A DNA stretch of 64,000 nt from a virus. Each line of letters begins with the position of its first letter. Position 1 is the stretch's first letter. The notes beneath the pieces are model-generated. The model searched no databases and was not told the DNA's origin. It was given only the letters and a program-made list of their open reading frames with translations. Positions 28,943 to 37,818 of this stretch are shown here, one piece after another. The DNA lies in the IMG/VR virus record IMGVR_UViG_3300046821_000134, positions 1 to 64,000 of that record. One strand, 5' to 3'. The translations under genes were made by a program, and so were the position numbers.

Positions 28943-30604
28943 CTATTGTAGAACACCTTTAGTTTTTAGCTCATTCTGCAGGTGGCCGAATGATTGATAC
29001 AACGTTCTTAGTAGACCAAACAGTGTAGCATTATCATTCGGCCAACCTGACAAACTTGCATCGTAGCTTCCACCAGCAGCTGTGTTTGTTGCGGTTCCCC
29101 ATGAAGAATACCCAGAGCCAAACGTTATCTTCTGCCCGTACGCCAGCTTAATAGCTACGCCAGAATTAAAGGTAGCGCTATCAAAGTCAATGCCTATTGA
29201 AGTTTCTCCCACACTTCGTATAATAGCTGTGTCACCTGCTCCTGCCGCTGGAGTGCCTTGGTAATAAAGCACGCTATCAACAATCTTCGTTGAAGAATGC
29301 ACTTCCATGATTCTCCTGATACGAACACTCGTACCACAACTAATATAGAAGATTCTTCCCCACTCTGCATCTGCCGCTGCTTCGTTCTTCACTACCGCAA
29401 AGTGGATAGCATTACGGTTGTAGTAGATGTCATTGCCGTAACCTTCACAACCCATCTCCAAACCAATCTGTCCAACAGTTGGGTTAGGATTAGCGTCCGA
29501 GATAACAGCCCAAGATGCCCATGTAGCGGCTGTAGAGTGGTTATAAGCATGGTAGGCCAAGCCTACGTTCTGTGGACCCGCTGCAAGCGGACCTGTACCG
29601 TCTGTGTAGAGCGGTGTGTAGTTGTGCAACAGACACAGAACATTATACTCGGTTGTTTGACTGTTCACGCCCGTAGTTGTGCTAAACACTACGTTCTGGC
29701 CGACAGTGCTCTTCCCGCCTGCAGTGGATTCGGTACTCTTGTGCACCTGCATCGTCGCATAATCAGATGGTGCGGATATTGGTTTGGATATCATAAACCT
29801 GCCATCTGGAGGCACTGTTAAGAATCCAATACCGCTCCCTAGATCACCAAACTTAGGAATGTTCCCCGGAGCCACCTCTGTCGATGTAGGCACAGACAAC
29901 ACACTTCCTGCAGCGTAGTAGGGATATTCACTCTCGTTAGACCAAGTTACCTTGACGTTAGTGAACGAGATAGACCAAGCCCCAAGATTATCTGCAAGGA
30001 CATACCCAAATGTTATTCCCGTTTTAGTGGAATCAAAGTATGTGTTAGTATCCGCTACGTTGCCTGTGTCAAGCATCAGGTAATACTGGTTATCAGATGA
30101 GCTATACTTCCAAATAGCGTAACGAAGTTCTCTGTTCCCTGTTTGATTTACAATAGACTCCACCAGCACCCTATAAGTGGTTCCATCAGTTAGCAGGGTA
30201 TCCTGAGGGAGGGTAGTTGTTTTCCATACAAAATTATCTCTTGGTGGAATACCATTTTGCCAAGACTCTAGGGTAGATGTCGGGAAATGGTCGATGCCTA
30301 GAGCGGTGAATTTACCAAACACAAACCCTTGACCACGAACAGCAATCCCATCTAGTGCCGGATCAGAGCGTAGCACCACTGCTGTGTGTGATGTAGGACA
30401 GTTTGCAAAGTAGTTGGTAGGGAGCATGTCGAACATAATCGACAACGTTCCTGTGCCTGTGTTATACCCCCCAGCGTCAACAGCGTTGAAATTAACTCTC
30501 TGATTAGGGGTGGAGTTGTTCAAGCTAAAATTTGCTATCGTGGTTGTAACAGGGGTTGATGTAGTAAGCCCCTCAATCATTGAAACTGGTACTTTTGTTG
30601 TCAT
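28943..30604 (-). CDS. putative receptor-binding / tail spike protein
   Basis: Last gene of the tail operon; beta-rich and G/S/T/N-rich; helical C-terminus. Confidence 0.65.
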   Translation of the reverse strand: MTTKVPVSMIEGLTTSTPVTTTIANFSLNNSTPNQRVNFNAVDAGGYNTGTGTLSIMFDMLPTNYFANCPTSHTAVVLRSDPALDGIAVRGQGFVFGKFTALGIDHFPTSTLESWQNGIPPRDNFVWKTTTLPQDTLLTDGTTYRVLVESIVNQTGNRELRYAIWKYSSSDNQYYLMLDTGNVADTNTYFDSTKTGITFGYVLADNLGAWSISFTNVKVTWSNESEYPYYAAGSVLSVPTSTEVAPGNIPKFGDLGSGIGFLTVPPDGRFMISKPISAPSDYATMQVHKSTESTAGGKSTVGQNVVFSTTTGVNSQTTEYNVLCLLHNYTPLYTDGTGPLAAGPQNVGLAYHAYNHSTAATWASWAVISDANPNPTVGQIGLEMGCEGYGNDIYYNRNAIHFAVVKNEAAADAEWGRIFYISCGTSVRIRRIMEVHSSTKIVDSVLYYQGTPAAGAGDTAIIRSVGETSIGIDFDSATFNSGVAIKLAYGQKITFGSGYSSWGTATNTAAGGSYDASLSGWPNDNATLFGLLRTLYQSFGHLQNELKTKGVLQ

Positions 30605-30607
30605 TGG

Positions 30608-31084
30608 TTATCCTCTCACACGAAGCCTAACTCCTACTGGAGGAGGACTTGCGAACGTTATTTGCTTCAGGGTATTGTTATAAGTGAAATCTACAGTAGC
30701 AGCTTGCCCCACACCGCCGAGATTGACATCCAATGCGTCTATATCATTTGTTGTGACATTAGTGAGTTGATAGGTGGAGGCAGACGTTGTTGTAAGGTTG
30801 TCTGTCCCCACTTCAAACGTTGTATTGACGTTAGCTACAAAGGTGTTTGTTGAAGTGTTGAAGGTTCCAATAACAATGTCATCTGCGCCGTCGTAGTAGC
30901 ACAACTGATTCTCGTTGGTTCCAGTACCTGTCTTCACCCACAGCATGTGCTGTAGAACATAAGACGGTCTTGCTGTGGAGCTGTGAGAGCTGTGCAAGGC
31001 ATTACGCCATGTATTCAAATCAGCAGCAAGCCCAACTCCGTCTTTTACGTTCGGATCAATCGTTCCAAAATCAAACTGTGACAT
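30608..31084 (-). CDS. tail fibre adaptor-like protein
   Basis: N-terminus paralogous to 31085..31630; C-terminal LGGVGQ....DFT.......ITFASPPP.G module. Confidence 0.6.
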   Translation of the reverse strand: MSQFDFGTIDPNVKDGVGLAADLNTWRNALHSSHSSTARPSYVLQHMLWVKTGTGTNENQLCYYDGADDIVIGTFNTSTNTFVANVNTTFEVGTDNLTTTSASTYQLTNVTTNDIDALDVNLGGVGQAATVDFTYNNTLKQITFASPPPVGVRLRVRG

Positions 31085-31630
31085 TTAGATTCCCCTCGCA
31101 TGCCAATCAATACTGAAGGGCAAATAAATAGTTCCAGCCACAGTGATTGTGAATCCGGTTTGGCTGTACGCAGTAACTCCGTAGAAGATGTCTGGATTCA
31201 GACCGCCGAGATACGACAACGTGAACAAGATGCCCGTAGTTGAGTAACTTCCGTAAGGGAACGTCACAGTGACGGTGTGGCCGTTTCCAGCAGGAATAGC
31301 CGCACGACCAAACTGTTCTGTCAAACCGCTCGGATGTACAATCCTGCCGGGAACTGCCCCCTCGTAAACGCTACTCCCCGGGTATGCCTTATTATTCACT
31401 GTATCAACCTGTGCTTCAAGGATGTCTTGAGCCCCGTCGTATCTATACACCTTCCAGATGGGACCGCTTGTATCTATCCATTGCATCCCTGCTGTAACAT
31501 AGGATGGTCTGCTCCCCAAGGCACTACTGTGCCCTGAGTGAACAGCTTCCTGCCAATTAACCAAAAGGGTGCTAAGTTGCGTCCCTGATGTTGTACTTGG
31601 GGGTAGCGTCCCCAAACTTGCTTGACTCAT
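31085..31630 (-). CDS. short tail fibre protein
   Basis: C-terminal G....PSGL..QFG.......VTFP...W.A.G fibre-tip module. Confidence 0.7.
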   Translation of the reverse strand: MSQASLGTLPPSTTSGTQLSTLLVNWQEAVHSGHSSALGSRPSYVTAGMQWIDTSGPIWKVYRYDGAQDILEAQVDTVNNKAYPGSSVYEGAVPGRIVHPSGLTEQFGRAAIPAGNGHTVTVTFPYGSYSTTGILFTLSYLGGLNPDIFYGVTAYSQTGFTITVAGTIYLPFSIDWHARGI

Positions 31631-34600
31631 TACTCATACCCCCAAGCCGGTTTACCCGGTATATATTTAGTTCCGCCCGGCCCGTAAGAATAGCCGTACC
31701 CTTTTGCAATCCAATCAAATGTGCGCTGTACAGGTGTCCCAGAAGAATTCTTGAATATAATTGTAAACCCATTCAAGTCTTTATCCAGCACTTCGTAATA
31801 GTCACCCGTGCTCATATTCTGCGCAATAATTGCCACAGCAGGCTGCCTATAGAAACTACGAGCATACTCAATGACTGCAGTTCCTGTTAGGGAGTTAGTG
31901 ACAATATCCTCACTCCCCTCGACCCTGTTTCTTCCCTCGACAACGATAGACAGAGAAGAAACTACTGGAGTTACTCCAGCCCTTAGGCTTTTCAACACAA
32001 TCTTGAACTCAGCGTACTGAAGAGTGGCCTCCGTAGAAGACAAAGGAATCCACTCAGACCAAGGGTCTTCTGTTTTATTCCGCCACCTATAATATACAAT
32101 GGCGCTCCAATCAGCCGCTACCGCCCCGCCTATGTTAGCCACGTCGGACAGGTTGTCCCATTTTCCAATGTAGTTTAGGAAGTTTGACCCCTCTGCAACC
32201 ATGTTGGCAGTAAGTCGCACAGTGTTTGTCTCGGTAAGCCCTAGAGGGGTTAGATAATAAGTGCCCTCTGATAACTCCCCTATGCCTATGTTCAAAGGGA
32301 CGGCATCTGCCAACGGCGTCCAATCTGCCATAACCCCGGCTGCAATGAACAGCGTACCTCCGCCTACATTAACATGGTCCTTCGCACCAGAGTAGTATGG
32401 GTGCTCAGGAACAGCTCTTATTAGTGAATAATCATCTGATCCGTCTAGACTGTTAATTATCGCTGTGGCATTAACTGACTCAAGACCTGCTTTAGATACA
32501 GCCTTAATAAGATACGTCCCTCTACGGCACGTCAGATTAATGTGGTTGGTTGGATATGCAATCTTGTCAGCAACGACAACAGCACTTCCCCAATCAACAC
32601 TGCTTGACTCTGTGGTTGAGTGCTTGATTACAAAGTGACTGATATTCTTACTTGATGTGACGTTAGGCACTTCCCATGAGAAATACGCAGAGGCTCCTTG
32701 AATGCTAATCAAGAAGTTACTCACGTCAGGAGGAATGCCCGGATTACCAGTTATCGTTGCTGTAGCATAAGCCTTGTTGCTGTATATTCCATACTGGCTT
32801 ACATGCTGCACACTCACTTCAATATCGCCAACCTTCGCTAGATGAATATCCTTGAATGCATCCGTAAATGATCCAGCATCCTGCCATTGCTCTCCAGCAT
32901 ACCTCCACCACAGCACAGAGTGACTGAATGAAGAAAACGTAGGGCGTGTGAAGCTCACAAGGGCTGTGTAGCGAATGTTTCCAAGCTCGTCTAGGTAGGA
33001 CGCATCCGTTACAACAAGTCTCGCCGGAGAGGGTGTATACCACCTGTAAGGGGTGGAGATAGGGCGCTCAATAAATGCAGCATCTTCGTCTACAGCAGCG
33101 TACTTGGACTCATTATATTCAAGCCCTGTAATCTCGTACTGATTCACTTCCTTCTCAGAGATGGACACAACACGGAACAACTGAGATTGAATCGTATTCG
33201 ATTCCAGCATCCACATTGCCATTCTGGCAGGAGCTTGGCTGAGTGCTGTAACAAGATTAATGACAGTGAATGTGCTGCTAAGAACGTATGCACCAATGAC
33301 ATCACCAGAGGAGTCAACAATGGCCAAGTATTGTAGCCCCACATCTTTTTCCCCATCGCCTATTGCATTTAGTACAGGGGTGGATGTGAAGATAACTTCC
33401 CTCGTCTCCATCGTCCCGTTAGGCAGCAGAACACTGAGTGTGTAGGTGTCTCCAATATTCACTTCAATCGCACTATCAATTGTGACAGAGCTTGTTGTAG
33501 CAGACAGAATACGCCCGCCCCAACGCTTCCCTACACGATTTGAATCATGCACCTTGATAACACTGCCCGGAACCAATCCACTACCAGCCCCTTCAAGCCC
33601 TGTCGTGAAAGACACAAGCTCTGTGAGAGCACATGACGACAAAAGGATGTTCCTGCCAAAGCGTACGGCTTGTCCTCTTGACGAGCACCCAACAGCTATA
33701 GCAGATGTTTGCTTCACACCATACTTGACAATGTAGTCGGGCAGAGTGACGTACTCTGTCTTCTCTGTGAAGCGATCTTCTGCATCCACGTAAGTGATTA
33801 AGGCTGTTGTGTAACGCGTGTTCTTGCTTGATCCCTGATAGATGAATTCCCCATCAACAACGTTAGCGTTTGTGAATATCCAAGCAGGATCATCAGGCAT
33901 GTCTGCTGAAATAGCCAGAGCGCCATTCACCCAGTAAATCATCCCGTTGAAGATGGAAGCCATATCAGACAGCACTTTGTACGCGTCTTCTTTCCCTTGC
34001 ATGTACAGCGAGCACGTATAGCGAGGCTCAAATCCACCATATCCATTTGGAACAGGCTCATCACAATACTGAGCAATGCGGTAGAAGGAAACTAAATCAA
34101 CTTGCTCAATTGGAACGTACTTACCAAGCCCGTATCGGGCGTTAGTGATTAGATCAAGCAAACACCACACAGGGTTATCCGTGTAAGAGGTCTTGAACGT
34201 ATCAAAGTCCCACGTTCCACTGTAGATTCTTGACACTGCATCGTAGTTGACAGGGACCTTTACAATCCGCCCCTTAACATCGTATGCTCGCGCAGGAATC
34301 CCGTCGTACTGAGAGGAATCCACTGACATTGCAATATAGGCTGAATACGGATAGGACAGCTTCTGGTCAATAATCTCGGTGAATGTCTCCCACTGGATGT
34401 CGTTCTGGAGATATGTAGTTGTGCTGTCGTCTGTAATACGCCTAACCCTAACCTCATACTGCCCCGGCCCACTCAAAGGGAGAACGTATTCACGTACATA
34501 CTTGCTTGTACATTTTCCGTAGATACGATCTGTCAAGCTGTTGTCCCACATCTCCAGTCTGTCCAACTCAAAGCGGGGGGCGCGTGTGTTGATAGTGGAG

Positions 34601-35433
34601 ACGTATGCAATACGATAATCGTAGAGCGTCCAATTGGTATTGGTGTAGAAGAACAAGCGCTCTTCTGGAGCTTTGTAATAGCTGTTACCAGATTGATAAG
34701 GACCACTTCCCATCAATACTGTCGTGAGCTTGGCACGCCCCTCCATTACATGGCTTAGAACATGCTCAAAGTTATTTGCCCCCTTGATGGACCTTTCGAT
34801 GATGAACGTAACACGCTGCAAATCAGGGCTAGGAGTTCCTTGCCACCAGACGCTTAGGCCGACTTTGTAGCCAGCATGCAGCATAGACACGTTGTAGTCA
34901 TTGCTTTGTGTGAAATACGTGCTACCTTCACCAATCTTAATCTTGGAAAGAATCTGTGGGATAAATCCGCCACCGTCCTTCTGAATATCAATCCCCACTT
35001 CTACGTGTGTAGCTTCAGAGCTTCCTGTGTCTTGATGAATTACCTGAAGAGCTGGGATACCAAGGCTAACACGTACAGCGTTAAGGTTGGTTCCTTCCAG
35101 AGAGCGTACAATCGGAGTTGGCTTCGTGATCTTTACACCAACAGCCTTCTCTGACTCGGCAGCTTCAAACCCTGCTACAAACGTCTGGTCTACAGTGCCA
35201 TTACGTCCTTGCACAGCAAACCCGTCAACATTCATGCTCCCATCTGGGTTTTGTATCGGCGTGTCAGCAATGTAGATGGATTGGAGATTATTCACAAGCC
35301 CCTCCACCGGGCCTTCTGATATTAGATCAATAATCTTCAGGAATTGTTTTGATGTTAGTGTATCAGGAGCTTCTGTGGCTTTCTGACCTTCATCGTCATC
35401 TCCGCCACCACTACCCTTATATTTCAATAGCAT
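31630..35433 (-). CDS. tail tip / host specificity protein (lambda J-like)
   Basis: DLISEGPVEGL, YTDNPVWCLLDLITNARYGLG, YCDEPVP.G.GG.EPRY; FN3-like repeats. Confidence 0.95.
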   Translation of the reverse strand: MLLKYKGSGGGDDDEGQKATEAPDTLTSKQFLKIIDLISEGPVEGLVNNLQSIYIADTPIQNPDGSMNVDGFAVQGRNGTVDQTFVAGFEAAESEKAVGVKITKPTPIVRSLEGTNLNAVRVSLGIPALQVIHQDTGSSEATHVEVGIDIQKDGGGFIPQILSKIKIGEGSTYFTQSNDYNVSMLHAGYKVGLSVWWQGTPSPDLQRVTFIIERSIKGANNFEHVLSHVMEGRAKLTTVLMGSGPYQSGNSYYKAPEERLFFYTNTNWTLYDYRIAYVSTINTRAPRFELDRLEMWDNSLTDRIYGKCTSKYVREYVLPLSGPGQYEVRVRRITDDSTTTYLQNDIQWETFTEIIDQKLSYPYSAYIAMSVDSSQYDGIPARAYDVKGRIVKVPVNYDAVSRIYSGTWDFDTFKTSYTDNPVWCLLDLITNARYGLGKYVPIEQVDLVSFYRIAQYCDEPVPNGYGGFEPRYTCSLYMQGKEDAYKVLSDMASIFNGMIYWVNGALAISADMPDDPAWIFTNANVVDGEFIYQGSSKNTRYTTALITYVDAEDRFTEKTEYVTLPDYIVKYGVKQTSAIAVGCSSRGQAVRFGRNILLSSCALTELVSFTTGLEGAGSGLVPGSVIKVHDSNRVGKRWGGRILSATTSSVTIDSAIEVNIGDTYTLSVLLPNGTMETREVIFTSTPVLNAIGDGEKDVGLQYLAIVDSSGDVIGAYVLSSTFTVINLVTALSQAPARMAMWMLESNTIQSQLFRVVSISEKEVNQYEITGLEYNESKYAAVDEDAAFIERPISTPYRWYTPSPARLVVTDASYLDELGNIRYTALVSFTRPTFSSFSHSVLWWRYAGEQWQDAGSFTDAFKDIHLAKVGDIEVSVQHVSQYGIYSNKAYATATITGNPGIPPDVSNFLISIQGASAYFSWEVPNVTSSKNISHFVIKHSTTESSSVDWGSAVVVADKIAYPTNHINLTCRRGTYLIKAVSKAGLESVNATAIINSLDGSDDYSLIRAVPEHPYYSGAKDHVNVGGGTLFIAAGVMADWTPLADAVPLNIGIGELSEGTYYLTPLGLTETNTVRLTANMVAEGSNFLNYIGKWDNLSDVANIGGAVAADWSAIVYYRWRNKTEDPWSEWIPLSSTEATLQYAEFKIVLKSLRAGVTPVVSSLSIVVEGRNRVEGSEDIVTNSLTGTAVIEYARSFYRQPAVAIIAQNMSTGDYYEVLDKDLNGFTIIFKNSSGTPVQRTFDWIAKGYGYSYGPGGTKYIPGKPAWGYE

Positions 35434-35975
35434 TATAGCTCCCTTGTACTAATACCTGCACTCACCACCTGACTCCCAACTAAACGTCTTCCGTATAACA
35501 ATGGACGAGGATTCCCTTGCCCTGTTGTATTGAGAGTTCCTCCAAACAGGTAGGATGTTTTTCTAGCGTCATTGGCTTGCTCTGTTGCTGAAGGATTAAC
35601 TCCAAACATTATCCCGATCACACCACCGACAATGAGGCCGACCCCGAGCTGAACGGCGGTTGGTTGTTGATACACGACACCAATTATTGTGATAATTACG
35701 CCTGCTACAATCCTTGCGTAGTTACCGCTGCCCTCAAACTTAGGAAGAAACCTGATGCACTTACCTGCTGCGTTTATGTGATTCTTGATGTCTTCTTCAC
35801 ACGCTGTGTAATCATTAACAAGAATGCGCCAGTTATGCTGTTGAAAGTCTTTACGGAATCCTTTGAAGCAAGCACACAGCATTGCCACAGCATGTGCAGG
35901 ACTCTTCGCTGCCATCTTGTGCGTCTTGCCATATTTCTTGCCTAAAAAACCTCCAAGTTTGATGGTTGTAAGCAT
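35433..35975 (-). CDS. tail assembly protein (lambda I-like)
   Basis: L.G.LG.KYG; SYLF.G..NTT.QG.P.PLLYG...VGS.V.S. Confidence 0.92.
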   Translation of the reverse strand: MLTTIKLGGFLGKKYGKTHKMAAKSPAHAVAMLCACFKGFRKDFQQHNWRILVNDYTACEEDIKNHINAAGKCIRFLPKFEGSGNYARIVAGVIITIIGVVYQQPTAVQLGVGLIVGGVIGIMFGVNPSATEQANDARKTSYLFGGTLNTTGQGNPRPLLYGRRLVGSQVVSAGISTREL

Positions 35976-36688
35976 TCTTTATTCCTCAAAACATATACAG
36001 TGTTGTCTTTCCACATGCCCGCATAGATGTCGATGCTTGACAGCCTGTTGTAGCAGTGATGCAGGATACGGCTATTGCCAATGAATATAGCAAGATGGTT
36101 AAGGCGTGTGCTTCCGCTTTGCATCACAAGGATGTCCCCGGGCTGCATATCCTTCTTAGGCACACAGAAGAAGCCAGACTTCTCCCATGTGTTGCTTGTA
36201 ATCAAGTCAGCCTCTTTCCACCACTTGTCCCATCTGTATTCATCTTGTATCTCAAATCCGTAGGCAAGGTGATAATAATCTTTGACAAGGCCAAAGCAAT
36301 CGTTTGTGCCTGCTACGTATGCCCTGCCAAGCAGCCTTGGAATCTCATGTGACGGGGCGATACACTTAAAGGATTGAGACGACAAATGATACAAAATGTA
36401 TGGCGTATCTGTTTGGTTACATGCTCGCACATCAGCAGGGGTGAAGCTCATCTCGTGATTCACATGGGAATGAAATACGGCAATGATTGTCCCTTGCGCT
36501 TCTGCTTTCTCTACGTCTTCTTGGCTAATCTCAAAATCAAAAGCCTTGCCTGCAACATTCTTGCACGGGATGTACTTTGTTTTAGTCTTGAGCTTAACAA
36601 CAAGCCCACACACTTCCCTGTGCGGTGAGTCATGAGCTTGTTTGATGAACTCTTCTTTGTGCTTATCAACGATTGTTTGGATGTTCAT
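35942..36688 (-). CDS. tail tip assembly protein (lambda K-like, JAB + NlpC/P60)
   Basis: E.CGL, FHSH, DCFGLV.DYY, NH.AI..G...ILHH. Confidence 0.93.
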   Translation of the reverse strand: MNIQTIVDKHKEEFIKQAHDSPHREVCGLVVKLKTKTKYIPCKNVAGKAFDFEISQEDVEKAEAQGTIIAVFHSHVNHEMSFTPADVRACNQTDTPYILYHLSSQSFKCIAPSHEIPRLLGRAYVAGTNDCFGLVKDYYHLAYGFEIQDEYRWDKWWKEADLITSNTWEKSGFFCVPKKDMQPGDILVMQSGSTRLNHLAIFIGNSRILHHCYNRLSSIDIYAGMWKDNTVYVLRNKECLQPSNLEVF

Positions 36689-36696
36689 ATCAGAGC

Positions 36697-37401
36697 CTAT
36701 CGAATGATGCCGACAGCAGGGAATACGCCAATGGGGAGCACGCCTTGTTGTCCGTAACGAAGCTGGCAGCCTACTAATGTTTTACTGCACCGATCTGTTG
36801 CAAGAGATCCTGTTGGATCATTGTTGATGTCCGCCACAGGCCCTCCTGTGTATCCACATCCATCCCCCCTGTACTCCCACACACAATGTGAAGCAGAACA
36901 AGGGAGAGCAGGAAGCGTTACGCCTGTTAAATCCCAAGGGACACACAGCTCAAACTCTACAACAGCTTTGCTCTCAAGGCTCTTACGATCAATAAACCAC
37001 ACCTCATCAGAGAATGTGGCTTCATCGTCAGCATCTGGGTTGATGCCCCCATAATTATCTGGATCAAGGAACTTTGCAAATGTACGCTGTCGTGTAATCT
37101 TAGCCCCTACAAGATCATCCATATCTTGTAGCATTGCTGAGATGAGTCCTGTAACATTGGACACTCTAAGCGTAGGCCGGGGAGTTTGTTTGTTCCCGCT
37201 CATCTCGAAGCCTGTAGCTTCAATTGGCATAGGGAGGTATTCAATCCCCTTCCACCACACAGATTGCTGGCCTGTGATGTACATATTATGGAAATAGAAT
37301 AACTGAGAGACACCGATAACAGTGAGGTCAAGAACGTATAAATCAACCACACCGGATGTTGTCAGCTTCTGAGACTCCTGTGCGATTTTAGGATTCATCA
37401 T
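36697..37401 (-). CDS. minor tail protein (lambda L-like)
   Basis: PRPTL.VSN; C.W.YR...CGY.G...D.CSK.L.GC..R. Confidence 0.93.
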   Translation of the reverse strand: MMNPKIAQESQKLTTSGVVDLYVLDLTVIGVSQLFYFHNMYITGQQSVWWKGIEYLPMPIEATGFEMSGNKQTPRPTLRVSNVTGLISAMLQDMDDLVGAKITRQRTFAKFLDPDNYGGINPDADDEATFSDEVWFIDRKSLESKAVVEFELCVPWDLTGVTLPALPCSASHCVWEYRGDGCGYTGGPVADINNDPTGSLATDRCSKTLVGCQLRYGQQGVLPIGVFPAVGIIR

Positions 37402-37739
37402 TCAAACACCTCCTCAAATGTTACAGATAATTCTTCGTACCCCGGGTTAGCAATTGTTCTCGTCATCTGCCCATCTTTAACAATGAACAACCCTGTGGCG
37501 CCAACAGGAGGAGTCCATGTGAATGTGGCATAGCTTCCTGTTGCCTTAAGAAATGTGACAAGCTCTGTCATTTCTGCCGGGGAGTATTTGAATGTCAAGG
37601 GCCATACACGCTGCGTAGAATTGATTCCGTTAGCAGAGCGTTGCTCATAGCCATCCCCGAATTTTGTACGGAGAACATTCTGAATTGTTTGTTCTTGTGC
37701 TCCGTATTCTGGTTTAAACTTAGTTGGTAGAGTAGCCAT
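37398..37739 (-). CDS. distal tail protein (lambda M-like)
   Basis: FGDGYEQR...GIN; F.WTPP; FEEVF; own promoter TTGACT-17-TATAAT at 37761-37789. Confidence 0.92.
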   Translation of the reverse strand: MATLPTKFKPEYGAQEQTIQNVLRTKFGDGYEQRSANGINSTQRVWPLTFKYSPAEMTELVTFLKATGSYATFTWTPPVGATGLFIVKDGQMTRTIANPGYEELSVTFEEVFE

Positions 37740-37818
37740 AAAACACCTTTCTTTACTAACATTATATCATACAAAGAGGGGAAAGTCAATGTATCCCATG
37801 ACAATCCCCTCCCTTTAT

